Part shown: positions 60,336 through 64,000 of the stretch, one piece after another
Layout of the letters: every line of letters starts with the position of its first letter
Numbering within the stretch: position 1 is the stretch's first letter
NCBI GenBank assembly: GCA_965213685.1
Contig: CBDBZY010000064.1
Location: 928,001 to 992,000 of the forward strand
Length of the DNA stretch: 64,000 bases
Reading direction: 5' to 3'
Origin: a bacterium
GTDB taxonomy: Bacteria; UBA8248
Position numbers and translations under genes: made by a program
Notes under the pieces: generated by a model
Seen by the model: the letters and a program-made list of their open reading frames with translations, nothing else
Database searches by the model: none
Told to the model about the DNA's origin: nothing

Positions 60336-61916
60336 TGAACTCAGGGTGGGAGTGACATGATGACATTCAGATGCAACTGAGATAGGTTAAAATAACCATC
60401 TCTTGTTTGCAATTTTCCAGTGCTATGCAAAGGCTTTCGAGTATAGAGTACAATATTAAAAAGCAAGGATCAGCTCCTGTGGCTTACTTTTTTGCATCAG
60501 AGAGAAAACTCCCGAGTTCTTCAAAGTTGTTTTGATTACGGTTGATCACTGCAAAAGTAAATGCATGTACATGTATTGTACATTTTAACCTTGCAAGCAG
60601 TTGCAGCTCAATGACACCATCACACTGAATTTATATTTCTCCTATACTCTTGAGACTGAATGCATGTGTGGAATGTGTAGGGTGTCTCCAGTGTGACGCG
60701 TGTTGTGACAGGGACTTGACATGTGATGAGTAATAATAATAACTCAAGGGACTGCCCTGACAGTAATGCTAGAGCAGCCCCTTGCCAGTTCCTGTCACAA
60801 CACACATCATTTTGCAGACACTCTACACAATCCATACATACATTCAGTCTCAAGAGAATAGATAACTCAGTATGGGAATGAGATGGTGTCACTCAGCTGC
60901 AACTGAGATAACCTTAGCAAGGTTAAAATAACCATCTCTTTTTTGCAGTGTAGGTTAACCAGATTAGGATTTCAAACCCGCTATTTTTCGTATACAGTAT
61001 AGGTCTGTAGCCATATGCAAAACATTTACCAATCCTCGCGCCAACCTTACTTGCCCCACTTTCCAAAATACGAAATGAAAACCTACCGTTATTTTGCTAG
61101 TTCACGCCGCATACATGTAGCAACGCACCTTGTCCGGGGAGACGTCAACCCAACCACTAGGGATACTTCTAGGATTCTCACGAGTAAGCACCCTATCAGT
61201 CGCGCACAAGCCTTGAAGCTGGATGGCCCACGGGAACAAAAACGGCGGTACGAGCCCGCAGTCCGTGCACAATGAGACTGAGCGACGGGAGGTATTGTGA
61301 GAGCCACGCCTTATCCCGCATGAGAAGGCGTGGCTCCACAAGTCTGCTATAGCTGATTTAGGGGTGTATGCGAGCATAATGAGTTGTTTCGCCAGTTCAC
61401 GCCCGTATACATGCAGCTGTATCGTAACGCACCTTGTTCTGGGGCACTTTAACCCAGCAACTCGGGCTTCTTGTAGGACTCACAAGTAGCCCAATGCAGA
61501 TGGTATGACCCGGCTTGTTCCGTATTGTCTGACACCCAAGCACCTGTCAAAATACATCACTAATCCATTAGAAAAATCTACCACTTTCGTGGAAGGCGCA
61601 AACTTTCAACCTGGTACACCCAGCTCCACTCCTTTGTATACAATGCAAGAAGTCTCCTTCCCAAGTTAGGTGCTAGTGTGGAAAATGTTGAGCCAACTAT
61701 AATATGCATAGTGGAATTTCAATGGCGGGTTATATAGTGTCGTAGTCTCTCGGAACTTGTGAACTCTGGAGCCGCTCGGTTGATGGTGAGGCTATCGGTA
61801 ACTTTTCGAGGCTGTGTAAACTCACGTTTTTGAGGTTCCATTAGCTACTAATGGAGTGGAAGTACAAACAGTACGATCTGGTGTCATATACGCGGTTGGG
61901 AGCGGCTTTTCGGCTC

Positions 61917-63336
<1,420 letters not shown>

Positions 63337-64000
63337 GTGTCCAGCCAAAGTGGTAAGCCTATTGGAGAAGTATACGTTCTTGGGCTACTCAAAGCCAAGC
63401 AAGCTTCTGTTCCTACTCAAACATCTAGCACTGAGCTGATATAGTGTAATTATAATGTTGAGGTGATACTTCTACATGTAACTGTACTGAGATGTATATA
63501 TGATCAATGAGACTGCCTTGATTTGTTGTAGGAGTATATCACGTGCCCATGACCACCCTCCACTAACTCTGCTGGTACATGGTAGACGTAGCAAAGACTG
63601 CCATACTGTGTGTGTGTGTGTGTGTGTGTTTTGCAAGTGCAATGTTTGTGAATGATATTCAGCAGTGCCAGTCATAAGGCTAACATACACTTCTACAAAG
63701 ACATGCATCAAAAATGAATGGCATGACTACTGTGAATACATTATTTATCATTAAGCTGCGCGAGGGTTACACACTTTCCAAGTGCTTTTCATTATTGATG
63801 GGTTCTCCCAATCTCTCTGCCTCTATCATTTTTCACCACTTTTGAAATCAGCAAATTTTTTTTATGCCACCATCTTCTCCTGCAGATATTCTTACCCCGC
63901 GCACGCATGTGCACAGCAATGTTAATAATGCCTTCCAAGGGGCACGGACATGTATACACAAAAGTACTACAAGTAGGGTAATAACTCAATAAAAGTGAGC

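Overview
Eukaryotic (metazoan) genomic DNA that is very transposon-rich. The compact introns and repeat families suggest an invertebrate such as a demosponge (inference). Host genes: a convergent pair of multi-exon, Golgi-type (CHST11/HNK-1ST family) carbohydrate sulfotransferases, gene A (+, 6772-13148) and gene B (-, 13596-20245). A tandem segmental duplication (~12010-37260 vs ~45715-64000+) holds an intact copy of B (47156-55868) and a destroyed copy of A. Mobile DNA: a decayed tyrosine-recombinase (Ngaro/DIRS-like) retrotransposon, several LINEs (one near full length), a Penelope relic, an intron-containing Ginger1 integrase-Ulp1-PHD element, a helicase-only AcademH-like derivative with tiny related MITEs, Kolobok-like, pogo-like and 5-bp-TSD MITEs, HINE-like elements and a tRNA-derived repeat. 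Two observations stand out. (1) The YR retrotransposon appears to express gag and RT from one shared leader exon by alternative 3' splice-site choice. (2) A family of A|T-inserting, Helitron-like elements ends in a 130-145 bp-arm hairpin whose arms vary together, including a 2.4-kb tail-to-tail dimer. All coordinates were counted by hand; ends without a clear TSD are approximate.
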